15,556 nt of DNA from a virus (Duplodnaviria; Heunggongvirae; Uroviricota; Caudoviricetes): positions 1-15,556 of the IMG/VR virus record IMGVR_UViG_2541047911_000001; one strand, given 5' to 3'. Positions 1-7,643 of the stretch are shown in pieces. Numbering within the stretch: position 1 is the first letter of the stretch; the number at the start of each line of letters is the position of its first letter. The position numbers were made by a program, and so were the translations under genes. Under the pieces are notes generated by a model that had not been told where the DNA came from, ran no database searches, and saw only the letters and a program-made list of their open reading frames with translations.

Positions 1-1254
1 ATGCTGGAACAAATGGGCATTGCCGCGAAGCAAGCCTCGTATAAATTAGCGCAACTCTCCAGCCGCGAAAAAAATCGTGTGCTGGAAAAAATCGCCGATG
101 AACTGGAAGCACAAAGCGAAAGTATCCTCAACGCTAACGCGCAGGATGTTGCAGACGCGCGTGCCAATGGCCTTAGCGAAGCGATGCTTGACCGTCTGGC
201 ACTGACGCCCGCACGGCTGAAAGGCATTGCCGACGATGTGCGCCAGGTGTGCAATCTCGCCGATCCGGTGGGGCAGGTAATCGATGGCGGCGTACTGGAC
301 AGCGGCCTGCGTCTGGAGCGCCGTCGCGTGCCGCTGGGGGTGATTGGCGTGATTTATGAAGCGCGCCCGAACGTGACGGTTGATGTTGCTTCCCTGTGCC
401 TGAAAACCGGTAACGCGGTGATCCTGCGCGGCGGCAAAGAAACCTGTCGCACTAACGCTGCAACGGTAGCGGTGATTCAGGACGCCCTGAAATCCTGCGG
501 CTTACCGGCGGGTGCCGTGCAGGCAATTGATAATCCTGACCGTGCGCTGGTCAGTGAAATGCTGCGTATGGATAAATACATCGACATGCTGATCCCGCGC
601 GGTGGGGCTGGTTTGCATAAACTGTGCCGCGAGCAGTCGACAATCCCGGTGATCACAGGCGGTATAGGCGTATGCCATATTTACGTTGATGAAAGCGCAG
701 AGATCGCTGAAGTATTAAAAGTGATCGTCAACGCGAAAACTCAGCGACCAAGCACATGTAATACGGTAGAAACCTTGCTGGTAAATAAAAACATCGCCGA
801 TAGCTTCCTGCCCGCATTAAGCAAGCAAATGGCGGAAAGCGGCGTGACGTTACACGCAGATGCTGCTGCGCTGGCGCAGTTGCAGACAGGCCCCGCGAAG
901 GTGGTGGCGGTTAAAGCCGAAGAGTATGACGATGAGTTTCTGTCATTAGATTTGAACGTCAAAATCGTTAGCGATCTTGACGATGCCATCGCCCATATTC
1001 GTGAACACGGCACGCAACACTCCGATGCGATCCTGACCCGCGATATGCGCAACGCCCAGCGTTTTGTTAACGAAGTGGATTCCTCCGCTGTTTACGTTAA
1101 CGCCTCTACGCGTTTTACCGACGGCGGCCAGTTTGGACTGGGGGCGGAAGTTGCGGTAAGCACACAAAAACTCCACGCGCGCGGCCCAATGGGGCTGGAA
1201 GCACTGACCACTTATAAGTGGATCGGCATTGGTGATTACACCATTCGTGCGTAA
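1..1254 (+). CDS. proA: gamma-glutamyl phosphate reductase (glutamate-5-semialdehyde dehydrogenase), complete 417 aa
   Basis: Full-length ORF from ATG at 1 to TAA at 1252-1254; translation recognisable as enterobacterial ProA; host-like codon usage. Confidence 0.95.
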   Translation: MLEQMGIAAKQASYKLAQLSSREKNRVLEKIADELEAQSESILNANAQDVADARANGLSEAMLDRLALTPARLKGIADDVRQVCNLADPVGQVIDGGVLDSGLRLERRRVPLGVIGVIYEARPNVTVDVASLCLKTGNAVILRGGKETCRTNAATVAVIQDALKSCGLPAGAVQAIDNPDRALVSEMLRMDKYIDMLIPRGGAGLHKLCREQSTIPVITGGIGVCHIYVDESAEIAEVLKVIVNAKTQRPSTCNTVETLLVNKNIADSFLPALSKQMAESGVTLHADAAALAQLQTGPAKVVAVKAEEYDDEFLSLDLNVKIVSDLDDAIAHIREHGTQHSDAILTRDMRNAQRFVNEVDSSAVYVNASTRFTDGGQFGLGAEVAVSTQKLHARGPMGLEALTTYKWIGIGDYTIRA

Positions 1255-1368
1255 ATAAAACCGGGTGATGCAAAAGTAGCCATTTGATTCACAAGGCCAT
1301 TGACGCATCGCCCGGTTAGTTTTAACCTTGTCCACCGTGATTCACGTTCGTGAACATGTCCTTTCAGG

Positions 1369-1444
1369 GCCGATATAGCTCAGTTGGTAGAGCAGCGCAT
1401 TCGTAATGCGAAGGTCGTAGGTTCGACTCCTATTATCGGCACCA
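1369..1444 (+). tRNA. thrW: tRNA-Thr, anticodon CGU
   Basis: 76-nt sequence GCCGATATAGCTCAGTTGGTAGAGCAGCGCATTCGTAATGCGAAGGTCGTAGGTTCGACTCCTATTATCGGCACCA folds as a cloverleaf (acceptor GCCGATA/TATCGGC, anticodon loop TTCGTAA, T-loop GGTTCGA, CCA end); lies directly after proA as thrW does in E. coli. Confidence 0.9.
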
Positions 1445-1610
1445 TTCTAACGTCTCGCCAAGTCTACTCAAGTATTTAAAAACCTCTTATAATCCGCATG
1501 TTAGCGCCCCTTTTAGTCTTTTGACGTCTACTTAAGTACCCCAAAATCTACAGTCAATTGGGGGTACTTTTGGGGGTATTTGCTGTTCGGTTTAGTGGAG
1601 GTACCCCCAA
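1428..1610. repeat. attL: tRNA 3' end core plus integrase-upstream region, repeated at 15049-15217
   Basis: TCCTATTATCG (1428-1438) recurs at 15049-15059; the following ~165 bp (1445-1610) is near-identical to 15061-15217 with a few substitutions and one ~12-bp deletion in the second copy. Confidence 0.8.
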
Positions 1611-2825
1611 GTGAAACTCAATGCCCGTCAAATAGACACTGCCAAGCCAAAAGAGAAGGCTTACAAGCTGGCTGATGGTGGTGGTCTGTATCTCTTGGTA
1701 AAACCTAGTGGAGGAAAATATTGGCGCTTCAAGTATCGTGTAGCTGGTAAAGAGAAGCTGTTAGCACTAGGTGTGTATCCTGAAGTTACCTTGGCTGATG
1801 CTCGTGCAAAACGTGAAGAAGCTAAAAGGGGTATCGCTGGGGGTATCGATCCGATGGAAGCGAAACGAGAGGAAAAGATTGCCCGGGAAACGCAGTTAAA
1901 CAACACCTTCAAAGATATTGCCCTTGAGTGGCACAGCAGCAAATTAAAAAAATGGTCTGCTGGTTATGCTTCAGACATCCTCGAAGCCTTCAACAAAGAT
2001 GTGTTCCCTTACATTGGCAAAAAACCAATCGCCGAAATCAAACCACTTGAACTGCTGAATGTGCTGCGGCGCATCGAGGGGCGCGGTGCTACCGAAAAAG
2101 CCAAAAAAGTGAGGCAGCGATGTGGGGAAGTTTTCCGCTATGCAATTGTCACTGGACGTGCTGAGTATAACCCTGCACCGGATCTCACCAGCGCGATGCA
2201 AGGTCATGAATCTAATCATTATCCTTTCCTCACAGCCAAAGAATTACCTGATTTTTTCAAGGCATTGTCCAGTTACTCAGGAAGTGCATTGGTTGTTATG
2301 GCGGCTCGTTTACTGATTATCACCGGTTTGCGGACTGGCGAACTGCGCGGTGCATTATGGGATGAAATCGATCTCAACAAGGCTATCTGGGAGATACCTG
2401 CTTCACGGATGAAAATGCGTCGCCCTCATGTAGTGCCTTTGTCTGAGCAGGCTCTTTCGCTTATTGGGCAGATTAAAGAACTAACTGGCAATTATCCGCT
2501 TATGTTTCCCGGCCGTAATGATCCAAGGAAAACAATGAGCGAGGCTAGCATAAACCAAGTATTTAAACGCATCGGCTATAACGGAAAGGTTACTGGTCAT
2601 GGCTTCCGGCACACTATGAGCACCATTTTGCATGAGCAGGGCTATAACACCGCGTGGATAGAGACACAGCTTGCGCACGTCGATAAAAACTCAATTCGTG
2701 GCACATACAACCATGCGCAATATCTGGATGGGCGGCGGGAAATGCTTCAGTGGTACGCTGATTATATGGATTCGCTCGAGCATGGCGGAAATGTGGTGCA
2801 TGGTGAGTTCGGAAAATGCGGGTGA
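1611..2825 (+). CDS. int: P4-type tyrosine integrase (site-specific recombinase), 404 aa, GTG start
   Basis: Starts 167 bp after the tRNA; GGAGG Shine-Dalgarno at ~1596-1600; N-terminal MKLNARQIDTAKPKEKAYKLADGGGLYLLVKP is typical of P4-family integrases; C-terminal region carries catalytic-type residues (…HGFRHT…, …LAHVD…, …RGTYNHAQY…). Confidence 0.9.
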   Translation: MKLNARQIDTAKPKEKAYKLADGGGLYLLVKPSGGKYWRFKYRVAGKEKLLALGVYPEVTLADARAKREEAKRGIAGGIDPMEAKREEKIARETQLNNTFKDIALEWHSSKLKKWSAGYASDILEAFNKDVFPYIGKKPIAEIKPLELLNVLRRIEGRGATEKAKKVRQRCGEVFRYAIVTGRAEYNPAPDLTSAMQGHESNHYPFLTAKELPDFFKALSSYSGSALVVMAARLLIITGLRTGELRGALWDEIDLNKAIWEIPASRMKMRRPHVVPLSEQALSLIGQIKELTGNYPLMFPGRNDPRKTMSEASINQVFKRIGYNGKVTGHGFRHTMSTILHEQGYNTAWIETQLAHVDKNSIRGTYNHAQYLDGRREMLQWYADYMDSLEHGGNVVHGEFGKCG

Positions 2826-2953
2826 CTGGTTGAGTATACAGTAGTAGACTTTGAGCGACGAAAGAAAAGGCTGTGTCTAGGGTCGCTCCCGAAAATCCGT
2901 ACACCTCGACGGACTGGTACAGCCACTACAGTAGAGGACGCTGAGGTGTGCGT

Positions 2954-3751
2954 ATGATTGATATTCATGCCGAATTAAACGAATACAAAAAAGATTTTAT
3001 TTCTTTACGTGAATTTCTTGAGGTCGTGCTTAAGGTCGCTGGTGATGATTATGATGTTTCAGATGTCATAACTTGGATACTCAGGAGAATAAGCGGAGAA
3101 CATATCCGCCTGTACACAGTAAATGAATTTAAGCTGTTGGAATCTTTTTGTAACCCGTATCGGGATGAATTTGATAATGATGTTCTTTATAGAAATCTGA
3201 ATGCGGTTCGGAAACGTGGTTGTTTACCTGGTGAGAGGGATGAAAATGGTTTTCTGGTGTCCGGTTATTGGGAAGATCCCGAATTTGAGAACATTGGATT
3301 TATAAGGGGTGAAATTTTCGCAATTTTTCCCGATGTCCTTGACGCGTTAACGAAGCTGGAAGGCGCTAACTCTTCTGAAAATGACGAGGCACAAGGACGC
3401 GATATTGAAAAGAAAGAGTTGCGTACAGAGGATGATTTATTATCCCAAATCGCAATGCTGGAAAAAGAAAACGCAGAGTTAAGGGCAAGGATAGAGCAGT
3501 TAGAGCAAGAGCGCCCGATACACTTATATAAATACTGGGATAAAGACCCATTAGCTAAGGCTATTGAGATTAGAAACAGAGAGTGGGCCAATTACGATCC
3601 AGAAAATGATTTTGCCACCAGGGGAAATCAAGAAGCGATAACCAGGGAGCTTAAGCAGTGGGGGGCAAGTAATGCACTTGCAACGCTCATAGAGAGGACT
3701 GCCTGCCCTATTAACCGAGACAACAGCCAAAAGAACGCAAAGCCGGATTAA
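2954..3751 (+). CDS. hypothetical protein, 265 aa, acidic with a coiled-coil/leucine-zipper-like segment; possible accessory gene
   Basis: ATG at 2954 preceded by GAGG (2944-2947); the ORF track starts it at the in-frame GTG 2948. Visibly lower GC than the flanking int. Coiled-coil-like segment LLSQIAMLEKENAELRARIEQLEQE. No family recognised. Confidence 0.6.
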   Translation: MIDIHAELNEYKKDFISLREFLEVVLKVAGDDYDVSDVITWILRRISGEHIRLYTVNEFKLLESFCNPYRDEFDNDVLYRNLNAVRKRGCLPGERDENGFLVSGYWEDPEFENIGFIRGEIFAIFPDVLDALTKLEGANSSENDEAQGRDIEKKELRTEDDLLSQIAMLEKENAELRARIEQLEQERPIHLYKYWDKDPLAKAIEIRNREWANYDPENDFATRGNQEAITRELKQWGASNALATLIERTACPINRDNSQKNAKPD

Positions 3752-3766
3752 CGCACCATACCGCAT

Positions 3767-3909
3767 ACCCTGAGGGTGATTTACTGTTACCCTGAGGGTA
3801 TTTTTTTATCTTCCCCGTCAATTTTACCATCACCCTTAGGGTAGATTTCCTCCCGATTACCATCACCCTTAGGGTAGATTTCCTTCCGGTAACCATTAGG
3901 CCTGAGGGT
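3767..3909. promoter_or_regulatory. Array of five ACCCT(G/T)AGGGT palindromes, including a perfect 25-bp direct repeat, upstream of the alpA-like gene
   Basis: ACCCTGAGGGT at 3767-3777 and 3789-3799; ACCATCACCCTTAGGGTAGATTTCC at 3826-3850 and 3859-3883 (33-bp periodicity); GCCTGAGGGT at 3899-3909. Confidence 0.55.
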
Positions 3910-3978
3910 ATGAAAATATTCGTTATTTCTGTGCCATGATTACCTCGTCAAATTGAGTAGACGTTATGAGGTAAATAT

Positions 3979-4176
3979 ATGTCAAATACGCTTATTCGTT
4001 TAACAGAAGTTCAGCGTAGAACTGGATATAGCAAGGCATGGATTTATCGCCTTATGGGGCAAGGTAAATTTCCTGCATCAGTTAAAATTGGCTCGCGAGC
4101 TATTGCTTTCGTTGAGAGTGAAATTGACGAGTGGATTAATCAGCGTATTGCGGAATCACGCGGAACAGCTACCTGA
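3979..4176 (+). CDS. alpA: AlpA-family small HTH transcriptional regulator (prophage regulatory protein / excisionase-like), 65 aa
   Basis: Translation MSNTLIRLTEVQRRTGYSKAWIYRLMGQGKFPASVKIGSRAIAFVESEIDEWINQRI matches the AlpA/Xis-type pattern; GAGG Shine-Dalgarno 7-8 nt upstream; int-proximal position typical of P4-like and PICI islands. Symbol denotes family membership only. Confidence 0.75.
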   Translation: MSNTLIRLTEVQRRTGYSKAWIYRLMGQGKFPASVKIGSRAIAFVESEIDEWINQRIAESRGTAT

Positions 4177-4253
4177 TTAAATGGCTACGGGGCTATTGCC
4201 CCCAGCTATCCACCAGCAAATAAAAGTAACTTAATTCGATAGCAGGAGTTTTT

Positions 4254-5054
4254 ATGAAATTTCCAAAAATGCCCGTACAGGGGCGGGGCTTCGTTCGGCC
4301 TGAAAACCAGAATCTGCAAAATCTCGGCGAAATTATCCCGATTATTTCCGGCGTTATTGGCGGGAGTGAAACCAATATTGTTAGTGCCAGAGCGTTACAT
4401 AAGGCGTTAGGTGTAGGGCGCGTTTTCCGTTCGTGGATCAAGGGGCGCATTGAAGAATACGGCTTCACGGAAGGCGTGGATTATGAGGTTGTTGAATATT
4501 TGAGCCGACCCGATCCGGTGAGCGCAAAATCTCGCCAGCAAACAGCTCTTGAGTACATCATCACCGTGAACATGGCGAAAGAACTGGCGATGGTCGAACG
4601 TACCGAACAGGGCCGCGCCGTTCGCCAGTACTTTATCAAATGCGAGGAGGAGCTACACAAGGTTGCGCCTGTTCGTTCCGCAGCGTTACGCCGGGAACTG
4701 AAAGCCCGTATCACAGTTGCCAGCTACTTTAAGCCAATGTGTGCCGCGCTGGAGGCGTACCGGGCTGAACTGGGTAAAAACACACTCCAGCACCACTACA
4801 CCACGGAAGCGAACATGCTGGCGCGTATCGTGCTGGGTGGCATGACTGCAAAACAGTGGGCACTGGCGAACGGCATTACAGGCGAACCACGCGACCACAT
4901 GAGCACGTTGCAGCTTGAGCACCTTTCTTACCTTGAGCAGAGCAATATCACGCTGATTGAGTTAGGCCAGGACTACCACCAGCGGAAGGCTGAATTAATT
5001 CGTCTTTCGCAGCGTTGGTTAGCCCGTCGCATGGAGGAAAACAGCCATGTGTAA
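4254..5054 (+). CDS. AntA/AntB-like phage antirepressor-domain protein, 266 aa
   Basis: CAGGAG Shine-Dalgarno before the ATG; N-terminal region (…SARALHKALGV…FRSWIKGRIEEYGFTEGVDYEV… and …TALEYIITVNMAKELAMVERTEQGRAVRQYFIKCEEEL) resembles the AntA antirepressor N-terminal domain; C-terminal half unassigned. Confidence 0.6.
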   Translation: MKFPKMPVQGRGFVRPENQNLQNLGEIIPIISGVIGGSETNIVSARALHKALGVGRVFRSWIKGRIEEYGFTEGVDYEVVEYLSRPDPVSAKSRQQTALEYIITVNMAKELAMVERTEQGRAVRQYFIKCEEELHKVAPVRSAALRRELKARITVASYFKPMCAALEAYRAELGKNTLQHHYTTEANMLARIVLGGMTAKQWALANGITGEPRDHMSTLQLEHLSYLEQSNITLIELGQDYHQRKAELIRLSQRWLARRMEENSHV

Positions 5055-6354
5055 CGCTCTGACCGTTACAAAAAGAGAAAGCGCCCCGTTGCCGGAGCGC
5101 CTTTGTGAACGAATAGCCTACTGCGCCATATTGCTTACTGTCTACGAGGCAGATTATAGCGTTGTGGTCGCACAGAGTGAAGGCGCTGATCACCGTTACT
5201 ACAGCACGCCAGAAATGCAGAATATTTTGCTGCAAAATGTCGTTGGTCACACTGTCCGGAAAGCAAAAAATTTTGCTGGTGGCGCGACTGATGCGATTTT
5301 GTCAGGTCGCCAGGTGCTGATCAATCTGATGTCTGATTTCGTTCTGGATAAAACAAAGGCGACCGCAGAGGGCCGCCAGTGGGAAAGCTACATACTTGAA
5401 CGCATCGCCAACAATGCCAGATTTGCGGCTGGTGGGCAATGTGTCAGCTTTGCACCAATGACTCTATGTTTAACTGAGGGTCATTATGGTGAATATGCTG
5501 GCTTGCTGGTGGGCTATTCCTGCTCTTTAACATTGCCATGCCGCGATGTTTTACAGGTATGCGACCCCATTTTTGTGCGCCTGTACTCTTTAAGGAATTT
5601 CTCAAGGATAAACGCACAGGGCGCGAATCTGTTTGACTCATGCTCGTACGCTATCTTTCTGCGCTGTCTTTTCCGTGCCGGTGATGGTGTATTGGTTGAT
5701 TCTTTGTTGGTCATGGCGCAGCCCTGTAAAACGATGCACCGTAGTTCCTCACACCACGGCGCTGGTGATGGTTACTCCTGTTCTTTGGCCTTGCGGCGCT
5801 GGCGGTATTCAACTTCTCGCTTTAATGCTGCTGTTACAAACTGCCCTGTACTTTCACCAGGCATTTTTACCGCCTCAACATTGTTCATAACTTCATGCGG
5901 AACCCTTGCCGCAACTGTTTGTGATTTTGCGTTTACTGCTTTTGTCGCCATGTTGTGTACCCCTTACAAAAAACAAATGCAGTATGCAGGAAAAAAAATA
6001 AGTGTTCAACACTTGACGTGTTTAACACCTGGGCTTAAATTGGTGTTCAACACCTTGTTGATGCAAGGTGCAGAAACGACAACGCCCCGCAGTGGTGGCA
6101 CACATGCAGGGCGTCTAACCACCAACGATAGCAAGAGTATCGAGGTAGCTATGAGAAATCATACCACACACCCGCAAGGGCGGGACTCGCACAACCTGAA
6201 TAAATACATCTGGCGTTTTATCGCCCTGAGCACGGCACAACCGCGCGTAATTCACATCGAGGCCACCAGCGAACAGGAAGCACGCCAGCAATCTCCTGAT
6301 GGCTGCGTGATGGTATTCGCCGCCCGTATTCGCCAGGAGGTGGAACATGTGTAA
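5047..6354 (+). CDS. Long ORF (435 codons) of doubtful integrity: plausible gene start at 5047 with a protein-like first ~140 codons; the central part is probably not coding
   Basis: Start is translationally coupled to the upstream gene (ATGTGTAA overlap, GGAGGA Shine-Dalgarno). Codons ~150-370 are Cys/Ser/Thr-rich with many rare codons (AGG, ATA, CGG, TTA) and overlap an antisense gene and an operator cluster. Only the last ~67 codons look coding again. Confidence 0.3.
   Translation: MCNALTVTKRESAPLPERLCERIAYCAILLTVYEADYSVVVAQSEGADHRYYSTPEMQNILLQNVVGHTVRKAKNFAGGATDAILSGRQVLINLMSDFVLDKTKATAEGRQWESYILERIANNARFAAGGQCVSFAPMTLCLTEGHYGEYAGLLVGYSCSLTLPCRDVLQVCDPIFVRLYSLRNFSRINAQGANLFDSCSYAIFLRCLFRAGDGVLVDSLLVMAQPCKTMHRSSSHHGAGDGYSCSLALRRWRYSTSRFNAAVTNCPVLSPGIFTASTLFITSCGTLAATVCDFAFTAFVAMLCTPYKKQMQYAGKKISVQHLTCLTPGLKLVFNTLLMQGAETTTPRSGGTHAGRLTTNDSKSIEVAMRNHTTHPQGRDSHNLNKYIWRFIALSTAQPRVIHIEATSEQEARQQSPDGCVMVFAARIRQEVEHV
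5772..5951 (-). CDS. Ribbon-helix-helix-like small DNA-binding protein (59 aa), candidate repressor, antisense to the long ORF
   Basis: Minus-strand ATG at 5951, stop TAA at 5774-5772; translation MATKAVNAKSQTVAARVPHEVMNNVEAVKMPGESTGQFVTAALKREVEYRQRRKAKEQE has a strand-helix-helix pattern and host-like codons; AAGGGG Shine-Dalgarno upstream; divergent from the operator cluster at 6002-6053. Below the 60-aa cutoff of the ORF track. Confidence 0.5.
   Translation of the reverse strand: MATKAVNAKSQTVAARVPHEVMNNVEAVKMPGESTGQFVTAALKREVEYRQRRKAKEQE
6002..6053. promoter_or_regulatory. Three 11-bp palindromic operator-like sites GTGTT-N-AACAC overlapping a rightward promoter-like TTGACG-17-TAAATT
   Basis: GTGTTCAACAC at 6002-6012 and 6043-6053, GTGTTTAACAC at 6018-6028; -35-like TTGACG 6013-6018 and -10-like TAAATT 6036-6041. 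Confidence 0.55.
6151..6354 (+). CDS. small hypothetical protein (67 aa); likely the real first gene of the rightward operon (3' end of the long ORF)
   Basis: ATG at 6151 with GAGG 5-8 nt upstream, about 100 bp downstream of the operator/promoter cluster; ends …IRQEVEHV with an ATGTGTAA overlap into the next gene. Confidence 0.4.
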   Translation: MRNHTTHPQGRDSHNLNKYIWRFIALSTAQPRVIHIEATSEQEARQQSPDGCVMVFAARIRQEVEHV

Positions 6355-6571
6355 TGCAACATGGCCTGATGCAGCGGTAGACGCTATCAAAACGCTGATG
6401 GATTCACTTATTGAGATTTCTGCTATCGCTGGTGTGGCGCATAAACACGCAGCCAGAGAATCAGAATGCATCTCCCATTATTTAGCATTTGTGCAGCTAA
6501 AAGCCGATCAGGCACTGGATAAGGCCGGAAAAATTATCATGGCTGATGTGCAGGAGGTGCACCATGCATAA
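6347..6571 (+). CDS. small hypothetical protein, 74 aa
   Basis: AGGAGG Shine-Dalgarno ~8 nt upstream; start overlaps the upstream stop (ATGTGTAA). Confidence 0.5.
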   Translation: MCNATWPDAAVDAIKTLMDSLIEISAIAGVAHKHAARESECISHYLAFVQLKADQALDKAGKIIMADVQEVHHA

Positions 6572-6929
6572 CCTGTCAATTTCTGACCTTAACAGCATTC
6601 AGTTTGACGAGAAATTTACCGGGCAGTTGCTGGTCAATGTGGAGAACGGGCGCATAGTGCGTAATTACCACCTGCCGGATGGTGCAATTGCCGGAAGCGT
6701 TGAAGCATTGCTGGAACTGGCGGAACGTGCGCGACTGATTAAGCCGTCAACGAGCCATCACGATGATGATCTGCATTTTACCGGGCGTATGGTGAGTCAC
6801 TACGAAAACGGCGTTGAAGTATCCCGCGAACGGCTGCGTGATGATTGCTGTTTCGGCACACTGCCGGAATTTATCGAGTTGCTGACCAGTTGCGGTTATC
6901 AGGTCATTCAGGGGGGTAAACATGCGTGA
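6564..6929 (+). CDS. hypothetical protein, 121 aa (MHNLSISDL…)
   Basis: ATG at 6564 preceded by GGAGG and overlapping the upstream stop (ATGCATAA); preferred over the track's 6546 start, which would place the Shine-Dalgarno inside the coding region. Confidence 0.55.
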   Translation: MHNLSISDLNSIQFDEKFTGQLLVNVENGRIVRNYHLPDGAIAGSVEALLELAERARLIKPSTSHHDDDLHFTGRMVSHYENGVEVSRERLRDDCCFGTLPEFIELLTSCGYQVIQGGKHA

Positions 6930-7155
6930 TGATCGTTTTAATTCCCTGAAACGGGAATTTGATGGCGCACCGGAAGATGCAGCGGGCGCATTGTTGAGCG
7001 TTGCTGACATGATGAAAGCTGCATATTTTCTTATCAATACCAGTGGCTACAAGTCAGAGGGTGAAATGATTCTTAGTATTGCGTCGGACTATGCGGAATA
7101 TGTGGCAGAGACGCGTTACAGAAGAAAATTCACGGAGGATGTAAGCCATGCATAA
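6922..7155 (+). CDS. small hypothetical protein, 77 aa
   Basis: ATGCGTGA start/stop overlap with the upstream gene; G-rich Shine-Dalgarno. Confidence 0.5.
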   Translation: MRDDRFNSLKREFDGAPEDAAGALLSVADMMKAAYFLINTSGYKSEGEMILSIASDYAEYVAETRYRRKFTEDVSHA

Positions 7156-7348
7156 TCATGAAGCGCATGTACCCGTAGTGCTTAATGTGCCAGATGATTT
7201 CACCGGACGCGTACTGGTTTACCTGGATAAAGGGAAAGTGAAATCACAATGCCGACTGAAAAGTAATGAGATTGTTGGTTCTCCTGAATTTTTTTCTGAA
7301 CTTTGTATTCGTGCGGAAATAAAACCGGAACTGCTGACAGGAAAATAA
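7148..7348 (+). CDS. small hypothetical protein, 66 aa
   Basis: ATGCATAA overlap with the upstream stop; GAGGATG Shine-Dalgarno. Confidence 0.5.
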   Translation: MHNHEAHVPVVLNVPDDFTGRVLVYLDKGKVKSQCRLKSNEIVGSPEFFSELCIRAEIKPELLTGK

Positions 7349-7352
7349 AACC

Positions 7353-7643
7353 ATGAAAAAGAAAAATTCTGGCTTTACTGCCAGCGGCCTCTCTCGGCCT
7401 GAAATCCGCCCCGGTGATATTTTCCGGGACACCAGACGCGGGGGACGGGTGGTTATTCGTCACGTTACGCCAGGCAATATCACCTACCGCCGTGAGGCTT
7501 ACGAATATGACTGCGTAATGCCGCGCCGTCAGTTTGATCGTGATTTTATTGTGGTGGAAAACAAACAACAGGCAGTGGCGAGACGTGCAGCCACGAATAT
7601 TAAAAAAATCCGGGCAATGTTGGTTGCGGGAGGTAAGAAGTGA
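7353..7643 (+). CDS. small basic hypothetical protein, 96 aa
   Basis: AGGAAA Shine-Dalgarno; Arg/Lys-rich; stop overlaps the GTG start of the replication gene. Confidence 0.5.
   Translation: MKKKNSGFTASGLSRPEIRPGDIFRDTRRGGRVVIRHVTPGNITYRREAYEYDCVMPRRQFDRDFIVVENKQQAVARRAATNIKKIRAMLVAGGKK

Noticed and set aside
741-1335. Antisense ORFs (103 and 129 aa) inside and just past proA
   Set aside because: They lie opposite a well-conserved host gene and have non-protein-like composition; typical shadow ORFs.
1342-1354. Short palindrome TTCACG-NN-CGTGAA between the thrW promoter region and the tRNA
   Set aside because: Short and within the ordinary host tRNA leader; nothing distinguishes it from a routine promoter-proximal element.
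1661-2968. Several antisense or alternative-frame ORFs (64-96 aa) overlapping the integrase
   Set aside because: All are embedded in the strongly supported integrase reading frame and lack ribosome-binding sites.
3265-3896. Minus-strand ORFs (61-108 aa) overlapping the 265-aa gene and the palindrome array
   Set aside because: Low-complexity Ser/Leu-rich translations of AT-rich DNA; the one at 3711-3896 is produced by reading through the repeats.
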